DNA of 64,000 nt. Origin: Podarcis gaigeae. Its lineage: Eukaryota. Positions 12,101 to 24,902 of this stretch are shown here, piece after piece. The notes beneath the pieces were generated by a model, which was not told the DNA's origin, made no database searches, and worked only from the letters and a program-made list of their open reading frames with translations. The stretch lies in the NCBI GenBank assembly GCA_964106915.2, contig OZ066927.1; one strand, written 5' to 3'. The stretch's first letter is position 1. Each line of letters starts with the position of its first letter. A program made the translations under genes and the position numbers.

Positions 12101-14091
12101 TGCTTGCCTTCTTACCTGAGCCACCTGGACTTGCCTGACAAAATTTACTAGACAGAAGCAGCTTTCAACATGCGTCTTATCACCCTTGTACTCCCTCTTT
12201 CAATAACTCAAGGAGAAAACTATTAGTCACCCAAGCATAATGAAGCAGAACAAGGACAGATGACTTTTGAATGTTGCCCATTTTCATCCTCGAAACAGGG
12301 ATGAGAGAGGAAACTTTGCCCACATGTGACCATGAGGAGCTCTCCGTGGTTTGGAGAAAGACACCACAATGAACAGCCCATGCAAAGCAATAAGCCATTG
12401 CGTTGGTCTCACAGAGCTGTGAATGATGGGGAAGAAGGGGGAGGAAAAGAAAAGGCGGAGAACTCACTGTGTTGCACTGAGCTACAATCAAAGTTAACAT
12501 TAGCATCTGGTCACCCACTGCAATATCAAATGCCTATAGTGCATAGCCTGCCGCATTAGAACAGAGCTACAGGCACTGCTAGCATCAGCACAACTATGTT
12601 TCTCCCACTCTCAGTTTCTGGATCAATTACAATGTGTGTTTTTAAAGGAGACTCAACCAATTTGGGAGAATATGGCATGCTGGCAAAATGCTCAACAGTA
12701 CACATGGACTGTATGTATCCTTCCCTTTCCAGAGAAGTGAATGGTTTTTCCACTAACAATATTTAGCATTACGGATTCCACTACCTTCTACAATAGTAAT
12801 CAAAGCAGCTGCAATTGGAGACATTGCAGGGAGTGGACAAAACTTGATCTCCTCCTTGGGCGCTGGCAATCCCTACAGAGCCTCCTATGCTCCATCTCAT
12901 GGATGAAAAGAACCCCATGGCACCAACCTTGCTTGGAGCAAAGAAGAAGTGGCAAGGCAGTCCTTAGAGGTACAACTGGTTCTTGCATAAACTTCCACTC
13001 CACAAATAATAACTGTTTACCTAACTGAAATTTCTGTAACACAGACCTTACTAGAAAATTATTATTCACAGAAAATCTGCATCTTGAGAGATCGAAGTAA
13101 CTTAACTTGCTATAGAGAGTTGCTTATTTTCCATAATTAATTTTAGGTGTAAAATCTGAAACCTTGATTACACAATTTGATTTACTTTGCATAGGTAGCC
13201 CCATATAAGGCATGTGATCTCATTAGTGGATAAAACCTCAGAGAGAAAGACAACTCTATAATAAAACAGGAAGGTGACATATCTAGGTTTTGACATGGTG
13301 TATTTTAATCAATGATAAAATGAACAACATAAGTGAAGGAAGTTGATCTGTAAAACCTGGGAGGCATGCATGAAGCTAGGGTGACTTATGCTGCACAGAT
13401 GGCTTCCATTACGGATGACACAGGCTGGATGGTTGGCAGAACCAGACAAGCCAGTCTCTTATGAGAAGCCTGGAGTGGACACTGGGTGGCCTTCACCTAT
13501 GAAATTAATTCACTATGAAATGAAGCAGAGACAGAGAGAGAGAGTCACAAAGACTGATGGAATACGCGATATATTCCTTAAAAACACCCATTTCCCACGT
13601 TCATTGTTTCCATCTATACAAACAAGTGGCAGAAGTAGATATGCTAGCGATTATTTCTAATGTTCCCATCACCTCAAATTTCTAAGGTGGAAGAGTTGCC
13701 ATAAAATGGTTTCCCCTCCCAATAGTCACATGGCAAAAGTGTCTTGTGAAATTCACTATACTGTATAATTTCTGGCTAACCATGTCCTGAACATGGTTTT
13801 TCAGAAATAATACAAGGAGATCCGCCCCAGTTCTGACTTTCCCACTTAAGAAAATGGGTGTGTGTATCAGCTCTTAATGCAATGCAAATGATTCCATAAA
13901 TGCTAATAAATAACAATGGCCTACCACTCATGCCAATGGAAGATGTACACTTTTGAAATATGCAGCTTGCCCAGTCCAACCAAAAGATTATGACTGAGCA
14001 TGGTACATACAAAAACACACAGAAGTTGAATAAAATGCACCAATTATGCTAGAAGGCCGGCATCATAATGCAAAGCCATTTGCATATTTCT

Positions 14092-14093
<2 letters not shown>

Positions 14094-14124
<31 letters not shown>
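14094..14124. repeat. (CA)n microsatellite (others at 15356-15384 and 22910-22934)
   Basis: Direct reading. Confidence 0.9.
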
Positions 14125-14127
<3 letters not shown>

Positions 14128-16867
14128 CTACCCACCGAGATAGATGATGATGTTGCAATGCTGCCAGACAGCACAAATATTCTGCAATTGCTTCCAGCAA
14201 AAAACTTCACTAACTTCTCTGGTTTGCTCTGAGCAAAATTTAAAGTGCTGGTTTTGACCTATCAAGACCTAAACAGCCTAGGACTTTTACCTGCTAGGTG
14301 AAAATTATTATTCAGCAAAACTTTGGAATGGGTTTAATTATAGGGGCTTCCAGATGCCCAACTGCTTAAGTTACACTGTGTTTGTTTGTGTGCTTTTATT
14401 TGAATTTATTTTTTAGGTTTGTAAGCCAACTTGTTCCTAAACAGTAACAGAAGTAGAGGATAATATTTTGAAGACAGTAAATACAGGCCGTCAGACAGAT
14501 TGCTTGTTAAGGTATTTTAGCATTTTAAATGCTGCCCAAATATGAGAGGAGGGTCAAATGCCTCCAAGGGATATAACCTACAAAATAAGGTAGGGCAGTC
14601 GGGGACACCACCAACAGGATAGCCTTGGATTTTTAGTTCCATAGCCTATTGCAGCATTTCCCAACTTGGGGTCTTGCAGTTGTTTTGAACTACAACTCCC
14701 ACCAGCCCCAGCCAAATGGGAGTTGTAGTCCAAAGCAGGTGCAGGGCTGGCTTATTGCACACATTTGGTTTGGTAGCAAACAGATATCTAACATAGTTTT
14801 CTCTCTTTTAAAGGATCAGACAATGTTACAAAAGGGTGATCTAAGACTAAATTCTTGAACTGTGGGTAAAATTCCCTGGGAGACTAATGATCCACCACTG
14901 CCAAGTGTCAAGTTCTCCACCACCTAGAAACAAATGGACAGAATCATATACTCTTACTCCAGCAAGAACTCAGCAAACAAAGCCAGGGGAGGAAGGTACT
15001 TAGTTTGTAAGGAATGCAGGTTGGCCCTAATCCAAGATATTCTCACAAGTGTAAGAGATGTACTCCTGCTGAAATCTCCAACGTCACACACACTGTCCTG
15101 CTACAGGGTTAAGAGAAGTTCCCCCAGGCAGCTTATGTTTAGAAGGGAGACCCCTCTGAAGCACACACAGAGTATTTATGATATTTTAATTTTTGTGTGT
15201 AAACCGCTTACAATACTTCGGTTTGAAGCAGTAGGCAAATAAGAAATAAATCAAGTGCCCTTCCCACAGCTGCAGTGGGAAGCTATTCAAAAAGTAACAG
15301 CACATGATGTGGCTCAAAAGACTGCAGATACATACTCAGGAACTCTGAACTCTTAAACACACACACACACACACACACACACACCCCTAAAGAGTCAGGT
15401 ATGGCCAAGTATGTCTTAAGACTACAGAAATGCTAATAACCATGGACTTTATGGGACACTTTATGCACATCTATTGCTAGCTATACCTCTTTGGGGGGGG
15501 GGAATATATACACACTGGGTTGTATGCAATGCAGTGCCAAGTCACTAAGCAGGATACTTGCCCTGCGGGTGAAATGTTTTGCACCAGCAGAACGTTGTTG
15601 AACCAGAGAATGCATATACAGGCCTTTGGTAACTTCGTTGCGTGACAGACAGCACAATATGTTGTGCAATGAATTTCCACGTGTGCAATTATTGTATGGG
15701 ATTCACCTGTTGTGCAACATTAAAACTCATCCTTGTGCTAGCAAACAGAGAACACTGGATATAGACTATTGTATTTTATGAGCCCACTTGTTTGTACAGT
15801 TTATATTTAAAACAAAAAGGTAGCTACAGACAGAAATGAATGAATATGCGTGGATATAAAAGCCTACAGTTTAATCTGCAGCCCTCAGCAATAGTCAGAT
15901 CAGGAAGGAAAAATATAAGCATCAGCATCTCCAAACTATCTATGTTCCATTCGGCCCAACAAGACTTCAATAATGGCCTAATCCACAATCATAGTTCAAA
16001 TATGACTATTTGGTCAAACTACTGCCACATTGATGACAGAGTAAACATTTGGCATATATATAGACCAGGTCTGAAAATAACTTCAAGAAGGGGCAACAGT
16101 ACACAAGGAATAAACCCGTGAAAAGGTAAAGTAAAACACACACAGCCTAAAACACCCCAATTACTGGAAAATTCATGCCTAGTAGTGAATTCACTAGGCA
16201 TGTTTATCCTAGCCTGTTTATCCTAGCCTTATATTTAAGAATTTGCCTGTGATAGTGAATTTTATAGTGTGTGCACCTGGTAGAGAAGGGACTGAATGCT
16301 CCATCCCTCCCTTGCTAGCTCTCTGTGTTTCCATATACTTTCCTCTGCAGCCACCACAGAAATACAAGCAAGCAGAAACAAGACTGGTATATCACATAAA
16401 ATGAAAACATAGAACAAGCAAAACTTCAGAAAAAATAACATTAAAAAATAACATTAAGCTCTGCAAGCTCCATGGTTCCTTCATAAAAAGCCTTACAGAT
16501 ATAAACGCCCCACCACATAAATTGAATTCACTAGTCTTTTGTAGGAAGATGCTCCATAGACATAATGATACCAGTCCTGTTGGACAGGGACAAACAATTT
16601 TGTTTGCTAGGCTGGGATAATTATGCCTGAATCAGGCCATACATTTGTGCCTGAAACTCATGGGCTCACAGTGCCATGGTACTGGACGTCACGTAGAAAG
16701 CTAAGATTTGCTATGTGTTCAGTTTTCAAGACACTCTAGGTCCTCAAGTGGGGACACTTGTGCAACTCTCTAAGAATAGAGGCCAGGAAGCATAGCCCAA
16801 AATAGTTAAAAGTACTTGCATACCACCCAGAAGTAGAAATTTGGTATGCATACAGATGCCCCAATTA

Positions 16868-17092
16868 CAGTCGTACCTTGGAAGTCGAACAGAATCCGTT
16901 CTGGAAGTCTGTTTGACTTCCAAAACATTCAAAAACCAAATTGTGTCTTCTGATGAGAAGCCGCGTAAGCCCCGTTGGATGTTCAGGTTCCAAAAGAACA
17001 TTCGCAAACCAGGACAATCACTTCCGGGTTTGCGGCATTCAGGAGTCAAAACATCCCGAGTTCCAGGGCGTTCAACAACCAAGGTACGGATG
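16868..17092. mobile_element. Tigger-like MITE, family B
   Basis: TA|CAGTCGTACCTTGG ... CCAAGGTACGGATG|TA; related to the copies at 32712, 38090 and 41335. Confidence 0.75.
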
Positions 17093-17998
17093 TACTAGAA
17101 AAGTCTGAAAGAGGACCATTTTAACACTCAACAGTCAAAACTCAAGAATGGCATTTGTTCTCCAGGACAGAACACACACAGGACTGAATGTTGGGTTGTG
17201 AGAGTTCTGTTGTTCTTTAACACACTCCAATAATTAACTTATTTTGTTGTGGGAGGAGGAATTGTTACCAGTAGCAGCCGGAGTCAAGAAATCCATTATT
17301 GCAGAATGTAAGATACAATAGTAACATTTGCCTCTTGCAATGAATACATGATACTGCAAAGCAGCAGGAACCTGAGCTAAAACATGACTCGACTCTACTT
17401 TTCACTCTAACAATCTCAATCTTCTCTCTCTCCAGTGCCATCAACGCAGATGCAATTCACAAATGCAATTACAACAGGCTGTGTTTTCAACAGAGATTAC
17501 AGGCAAATGAGACTTCCTTCATGATTTCAACCCCAAACCTGTTAAGATTGCTACCATTTTTCTCCACTACAAGGTATACAACAGTTATCTGCCCTTTCTT
17601 TCAGCTACAACAGTAGCCAGGTCCTTATAAGAAAGAAACATGTGTACAAAAGACATAAACTGGGGAAGAAACAGAGCAGCCAAAATATTCTCAGGGCTCT
17701 AGATTTCATGGATTAGAACAGTAATTTCTTCCCCTGGTGGAAGTGCCTCATTAACCTTGACTTTTAAACTTTGAATTTGATGTTCTATGCAATAACCTAT
17801 ATAGTTTATTTTGACAATATCATAGAATCATAGAATTGTAGAGTTGGAAGGGACCACAAGGATCATCTAGTCCAACCCCCTGCAATGCAGGAATCTTTTT
17901 GTCCAGAGTGGGGCTTGAACCCACAGCTCTGGGATTAAGAGTTGCATGCTCTACAGACTGAATTAGCCATCTTCCTTTGGCTGATTTCGTTCCGTATA

Positions 17999-18211
17999 CA
18001 GTGGTACCTCAGGTTACAGACACTTCAGGTTACAGACTCTGCTAACCCGGAAATAGTACCTCGGGTTAAGAACTTTGCTCCAGGATGAGAACAGAAATCA
18101 CGCGGCAGCACGGCGGCCCCATTAGCTAAACTGGTACGTCAGGTTAAGAACAGTTTCAGGTTAAGAACGGACCTCCAGAACGATTTGAGTTCTTAACCCG
18201 AAGTACCACTG
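17999..18211. mobile_element. Tigger-like MITE, family A
   Basis: TA|CAGTGGTACC ... GTACCACTG|TA. Confidence 0.85.
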
Positions 18212-19323
18212 TATAGCCAGAGGAGGAAGAAACTCAAGGGCTGCAGCAGACCCTATGAGGGACTCAATACAGAATCCTCATGGGCAGCTGGTTCCTTAAA
18301 AACACTCCGCTTTCCACACGTTTCAGACATCACAAGCTTCTCACCTGCTTTTAAAGAGTCCAGTTGTCAGGAAAAACATTCCCATTTCATAAAAAAATGC
18401 ATCCCTTTCTCTACAAAGCCTCAGAGAAGAGAGAGGCACTAATTTACTTTCCCATTTCTTCCAAAGAGCATCTAGAAGTCACCCTCTGGGAGTGTCCCCT
18501 GCCCATTTGGTGAGTAGGACACCCAACACCACACAAATTCCTCTCCACTGCAGTTTTCAAGCAGAAAAGAAAGAGCAGGACTCCTACTTTCTCTATATCC
18601 CACACAATAAGAGAAGACAGAAAATACAGGAGTGGGATTGGTGGCAACTATGAACTTTGTGGACCCTTGCCCCAAATCACTGCTCAGAAAGGTAACAATT
18701 TGTTTAGCCATTTGCAGTAGCATTACAGACCTCACAGCAATAAAATCTTAAAGTTATCATTTCTTCATGAGACAGTTCAGGTTAAAATGCATGAGGATGG
18801 CACCTCTTACACAGAAAGGAGCACATAGTGTTTGACAACTATGAGAGCCCAGCTAGAAAGGAAGAAGAGCAGAGTTGGTAATCTTGGTGCATCAGGACAG
18901 GTAGGGGAGGTTTTGCCCCTTGTTGCCGTGTGTAGGTGGCCCTCAAAACTAGCCAGAAAGCAAGTAAACCTATCTCCATAGCCATTAAGCTGTGACTCTT
19001 GATTTCTGCAGCTCAGACAAGGAAACTCTTGCTTATTCTGGCCCCATCAGGGCTCAAAATAGGTGTAAGACAGAATTTTTAAAATGTTTGTACCCTAGCT
19101 TGCCTTTCCTCTGTTGGGGAACAACACATGGTCACATACATGAGAATCCCAGGTGGTCATCCATACAGAAACTGACCAGACCCAGAACTGCTTATCTTCA
19201 GTAAGGGAGTGGACTCAGGTGCATTCAAGGTTATACTCTGGCATGAAACATTATGGATGCCTTTTGTTCACACACACTGTTTGAGAGAACAGCTGCAGTT
19301 TGGGGCACACATAAAAACAAGTA

Positions 19324-19774
19324 CAGTGGTGCCTCGCAAGACGAAAAGAATCCGTTCCGCGAGTCTCTTCGTCTTGCAGTTCTTTTCGTCTTGCGAAGCA
19401 AGCCCATTAGCGGCTTAGCGGATTAGCGCTATTAGCGGCTTGGCGCTATTAGCGGCTTAGCGGATCAGCTGTTAAGCGGCTTAGCGGATCAGCTGTTAAG
19501 CGGCTTAGCGGATCAGCTGTTAAGCGGCTTAGCGGATCAGCTGATAAGCGGCTTAGCGGATCAGCTGTTAAGCGGCTTAGCGGATCAGCTGATAAGCGGC
19601 TTCGCGGCTTGGGAAAAGGGGGGGGGGGAAAACCTGCAGGAACTCGCAAGACATTTTCGTCTTGCGAAGCAAGCCCATAGGAAATTTGTTTTGCGAAGCA
19701 CCTCCAAAACAGAAAACCCTTCCGTCTAGCGGGTTTTCGGTCTTGCGAGGCATTCGTCTTGCGGGGCACCACTG
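19324..19774. mobile_element. Tigger-like MITE with an internal 24-bp minisatellite
   Basis: TIRs CAGTGGTGCCTCGCAAGACGAA / TTCGTCTTGCGGGGCACCACTG; TA on both sides. Confidence 0.88.
19451..19600. repeat. 24-bp tandem repeat AGCGGCTTAGCGGATCAGCTG(T/A)TA, about 6 copies
   Basis: Direct reading; gives the (L[ST]ADPLSR)n ORF artefact. Confidence 0.93.
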
Positions 19775-20567
19775 TATCAGCGATAATCACAATGGTGAGA
19801 GTAGTAGCTTTTCTCCAACTTGCAAACAACCCTCATCACATAGGTTGCCTCCTTGTCCTATCCTCACCCTCTACAACAAAATATGAAGCTCTAACCCACC
19901 TTCTGCAGCCTGGTGCCCTCCAGATGTTTCAGAATACAGTATGACCATTGGCCGACAGACATCTGAGTTCAAAACACCTGGAGGGCACCATTTTACAAGC
20001 TGAAGGCTATAAACTAACTCTTCCCCACAAACTGCAGGAAGCCACAGGAAGTCAAGTACCTTGATCTGTGCCTGGTATAAGCAGCCTAGATGTAATTCAG
20101 AAAATAGTTTATTGGTTCCCAGTCCAGAATAAATACTATTTTCTTACTGTAGAAGCCTAGCTCTGGAAATACCAAGCAAAGGGCGACACCCACCCAAGCC
20201 ACATTTTTACCACGAAGCTGCTAACAGAAATCAGGATTGAAAAGAGCAGAACTCTAGCTCTGTAGCAAGTGCAATGCTTTCAGGACAGTTGTGCCCCTGC
20301 CACAAAAAATTGACAACTGACAAAAGTGTGCAAGTAGAGAGAAAACTGCATAGGAAATGTATTGCCTCTAGCTCCAAGCACTTCCTAACTTCAAGTATTT
20401 GATCACCCAAGTAAAACTTAAAAGACAAGTGTATGGTGTGTTAGGATGACAGTCCAAGGACTCTGAGCAGCTCACCCACCCCTTCTGTTAATTTCATTTT
20501 GATTTGGCCAATCATGGCCTAGTCTGGTTCACGCCCCCTTGTATGTGAACCAGAGAGAGTGACTCAC

Positions 20568-20591
20568 CACAAGTTGAGCATTTTCAGGCAG
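20568..20591 (-). CDS. CSNK1G1: CSNK1G1 24-nt alternative microexon (gives ...EEAN-CLKMLNLW-CCC...)
   Basis: Long pyrimidine tract and tgtag acceptor; exon CTGCCTGAAAATGCTCAACTTGTG; donor gtgagt; symmetric phase 2; resembles the CK1-gamma3 insert NCQKVLNMW (recalled). Confidence 0.82.
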
Positions 20592-23500
20592 CTACAATAG
20601 ACAGTGTGAGGAGAAAGAAAGAAAGACAAATAAAAACACAGAAAGGTAGGGAGACATTAGTTCAGAGGCGAGATGGAAGCATGTCATGGCAAGTCATGCA
20701 AACATGCAGTGCAGATCTGTGATACACACGACGTCTACCTGCCTTGTCAAACCTGGTTCCACCTGAACCTTCTGCAACTAACCAGGAAAGAACTATCACA
20801 AGGGATTGTTGCTTTGAGACAAAGTTTTCACAACTGTCTAGGACAACTATGTTAGAGCATCAGAAAATCATCATTGACGGGAATGTGCTCTAGAGGACTT
20901 TGGCAGATAGGAGCAGCAAGAAGGTTTCTGACCCTTTTAAGTTGCAAGGAAACTCTAGAGATAGCTGGCTAAAAAGGCTCAAATGCAAATACCTTAAGTG
21001 CTTTGATGGAACATGGCAACTGATCAAAACAATACCCCTACATTTCCTTAACTTCATTTATCATTTTGAGAAGGAGTTAGTCTCCCTACATGCCTTGGAA
21101 ATAAATTATTACCACCATCACTACTGTGTTATTTAAGTTTCAGCATGTGCTGGAGAAAGCAGAAGTAACGCTTCTGGCACAAAGTATTTACAGTCTAACT
21201 TAGGCAGAACATAGGCGACAGTGGAAAATGTGGAAGAGAAACCAAAATAGATGGGACAACATCAAATGAGCTTATGGTCTGGAGCAAAATAATGGAGAGC
21301 CTTTAAATTTAAAAGCTACAAAAGACAAAGCTGGTGTGGAAAGTGACAAAGGAAGCTGGAAAAGAGATTTAAGACAATGGGTGACTTTCAGCTACGGTAG
21401 CCAGCAGAAAGAGGATGCAATACCATGGATGGTGGTTTAAAACAGTTTTAGAGGTGGAAACAGTAGCAGTATTAAGACAACAAGAAAGAGAAGCATTCCA
21501 TGTCCGCAGGTTTGCAGTCTTGGGAGATTGGGAAAATATCAAATTTCTGCCAGCAACAGAAGTAGGGACAGGTAGTCAGGAGAGGAAGTATCTGAGTGAA
21601 AAGATCCTACCTCTGAATACTAGCTGTTGAAAAACAACAGCAGGAAAAGACTATTGCCCGCATGTCCTACTTGTGGACTTCCCTTAAACGTCTCATTGGC
21701 TACTATGAGAAACTGGATTCTAGACTGCATAGGTCTTTGTTTTGATCCAGTAGGGCTCTTCTTAGGTTCTTAAGATTGATATCTGAATTCTTACCATGTT
21801 GTTTAGTTTGGGTTACAGGAGTTGTTAGCAATGCAATCAGAGTAAAAGAATTCATTAGAAGTTGATAATTAAGAGTTTTAAAAAGAGAGAATTTTTATCT
21901 GTATAAGTGTAGTAAGCACAAGCAATGAGAGCTAAATGCAAGCAACCAGAGGCAAATGGCTACATTTTGAATAGAAGTAGAGCATATTATGAGTCAAGGA
22001 ATGAGATAAAGGAAAAGGAAAAAAGAAGTTAAAGAGGATCATGTACGGCAAAAACAATATATTTAAGGGAAAGTTGACATGATTGAAGGTACCAGATTGT
22101 TTAATTAGAATGAAAGCTACTCTAAGGTTTGGCCAGAAGAAGGTATTGAAAACTTTGGTAAAAGCAGTTTCAGTGAAGTTAATCTAGCAAAAATCAGATT
22201 GAAAAGAGTAAAGGAAGGAGTTGGAGGTCAAAAGGTAAACAGGATCATACAAAATGCTCAACAAATTCTGCACGGAAAGGTACTGGATGACAGCTGAAAG
22301 TGGGGGAAGGATGAATATAAGGAGGAAATAAGGACTGAGAAATATTTGTATGTCTGAAAGCCCATGATAAGGAACTAGGCAGCACAGAACAAATGAAGAT
22401 AGCTAGAGAGAGAAATCAGAGGTAGGAAAGGATGGATCAAGAGATAAGGTTGCATGATTGAAGGTAGTGAGCATCTTTCATATATATTTGAAGGATAGAG
22501 AAACTGATGAATGACAAAACTAGGGAATTCTGCATATGGAGGAAAATAGAAAAAGGTCTGGATAGAAATTCACAAAGAGATCTTATATTATTCAAGCAGG
22601 AGATTCACAGCAAGAAAAAAAAAGAGCAGACAGAAAGGCTTCACTAGCAAGAATAAGTCTGGAGACACACAGACACAGCAGGCTTAAAAAATGACGAAGT
22701 CACACAGCTTGAGCTAGACAACATTTGAATGGTCTGTTAGAAGTTGATGGCTTAATAAGTAAATAAAGATCATCCATGGCTGGGAGATGAACAGGCAGAA
22801 AGGAAGAGTAAAAGGCAGAGTGAGGAAAGAGAAGAGACAGCATCTTGTCTAGAGGAAAGTAAAACTGAAACGCCTTTTTCAGCTTTCCAAATTTTACTAT
22901 ACAAGTTAAACACACACACACACACACACACACACTCATCAGTTTTATACATAGTTAATTGCCCAAAGCCCTATGAAATTAATAAGACTGTGGTATCAGT
23001 CATTTCCTTTGAATAGCTGTACATTTCAACTGAAGTATCATGTTGACCAGAAGTCTGTGTGAATTCAAATGTCTTGGAAACTTTTAGCATACCCAGGAAA
23101 TTGTGGGTAAAGCTTGAATGTGCAATTTCCATGGAAAGGTCAAATGCAGAGGAGATATGGTACACCGTGTTGTAACCACAGGACCTTCCCCAATTCTACA
23201 GTCAACATTAAATGTCCCTAACTTTCTTATTTACTGCAGAAGAAAACAATTCTTCACATAGCTCAGCTGTACAATCAAAGTCAGTAATGGTATTTTATTG
23301 GCATCTCCCACTAAGGAGGCAATCCTAAGCATGTTTACTAGGGAGTAAAAAAACTCAATGAATGTACTGTGATTTATTTTCAAGTTAAAATGCAGAGATA
23401 TTGCTGTTGTCACAGCTGCAGCAACAAGTCCACCACAGGAGAGTATGTCCTTGGGGACATTCTGGAGTCTTAATTTTTAGGCTCCATGGATATGGCGAAC

Positions 23501-24795
23501 CTAACTTAGCTGATGCTGCAGCACCAAAGCAAAGGCTGTCTTGCATAGAGCAACAAGCTGAACAATTTATTGAAAGCTAGTATCCAAAGCAAAGTATAAG
23601 TACTGAAGCTTAGTTCACTTGAGTAGCACTTGGTGGAAGCTAGTCTGCTGTCGAAAGAAACTCAGGCAGAAAGCTCTGTATCATATAACAATAAATATCC
23701 AAAGTAGTTAATACCTCATCCCACCCCCCATCTGCTGAAATATGCTGTTCCCCTGCAGAGGAACAGAGGCTCAGCTGGGAATGCAACACACAATTATTAA
23801 GTTTGCCACAAGGAACACTCAATTTTATTTAAAGACATTCAAATCCTGCAATTCCTGCAGCTATGAAGCTCTCCTTATGGCTGAAGACAGAAATGTTCAC
23901 AGAACGATAACACATTTCTTGGGTAATGGAGTGCTAGGCGATTACTTCTCAGCTGAAGAGTCATACCTAAAGCACAATTAGAGGTATTGCATACACTTGC
24001 TTTTCTCACAAGCAATTTTAGGCTATTTCCAGCCTAGGAAATAAAGAATCGCAATGTTTGCCAAGAAGCCTATGATTGCTGAGACATTCAGTAGCCACAA
24101 GGCAAGTCAGTCAATCTGCTATGCCTTGATCGATGAAGCCTTTGTGGAACCTCCTTCCCATAATGCATTAGGTGTGTGCTGACTTCATTTATAAAGAAGA
24201 GAGGACTGCTGATTACCTAGAGAAAATTCCACATCATGGTTCATGTAATGGTAGAAGATCATGCAAAGTGCCACCGAATGGTGGAGATGGAAAAACAGCC
24301 AAGGCATTACTCTCTCAACAAAATACCTTGCAACACCCAGCAGGCAGCTTTTAAAGTTACCTTACGTGTTTCCATAGCAAAAAAAGGAGGTACTCACAGT
24401 CTGGCAGGTTAACCTAAAATTGCATAGGCTCAGGTTTCAAGAATGAGGGATAAAGAGGGACTCTGGCTTCTGCATCCCCAGCGCTAGTTATGCGCATACA
24501 GTTTGACAAACAGAAACTACAGCCCTAACTCAAAGGACTTTTACTATACATGCCACTTGCAAATTCTTCTGAAATACTAATTTGCAATGCATGCTCTGGC
24601 CAACAGCAACATTAACTGGGCAGTGCAAGTGAAAAGAAGCTGTACCATCAGCAGCAGCAGCACTGAGGTTATCATGCAAAAACAAAGCATCTGATAGCAG
24701 GTTATGGATATAGGCATCAAACACAAGAACACACAAACTGATCTGACACACAAATGATGCAGGGGGGGGGGGGACTGCTTTCACGGCAAACATAC

Positions 24796-24902
24796 TTAGC
24801 TTCCTCCACTACTTCCACCTCAGTACGTGCTGCAATTTGTACATTGGAAGGTGCTCCTGTTGGTTCATCGATGTTCAACTCACCATTGGTCGAGTTTACC
24901 AC
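24796..24902 (-). CDS. CSNK1G1: CSNK1G1 coding exon ([35 protein letters not shown])
   Basis: ttttaag acceptor, gtatgt donor, 107 nt; homologous to the CK1-gamma C-terminal domain. Confidence 0.93.

Noticed and set aside
19449-19829. (LTADPLSR)n repeat protein
   Set aside because: Translation of a 24-bp minisatellite inside a MITE.
21860-22650. Purine-rich stretch resembling a very old antisense LINE
   Set aside because: Too decayed to assign boundaries or a family by eye.
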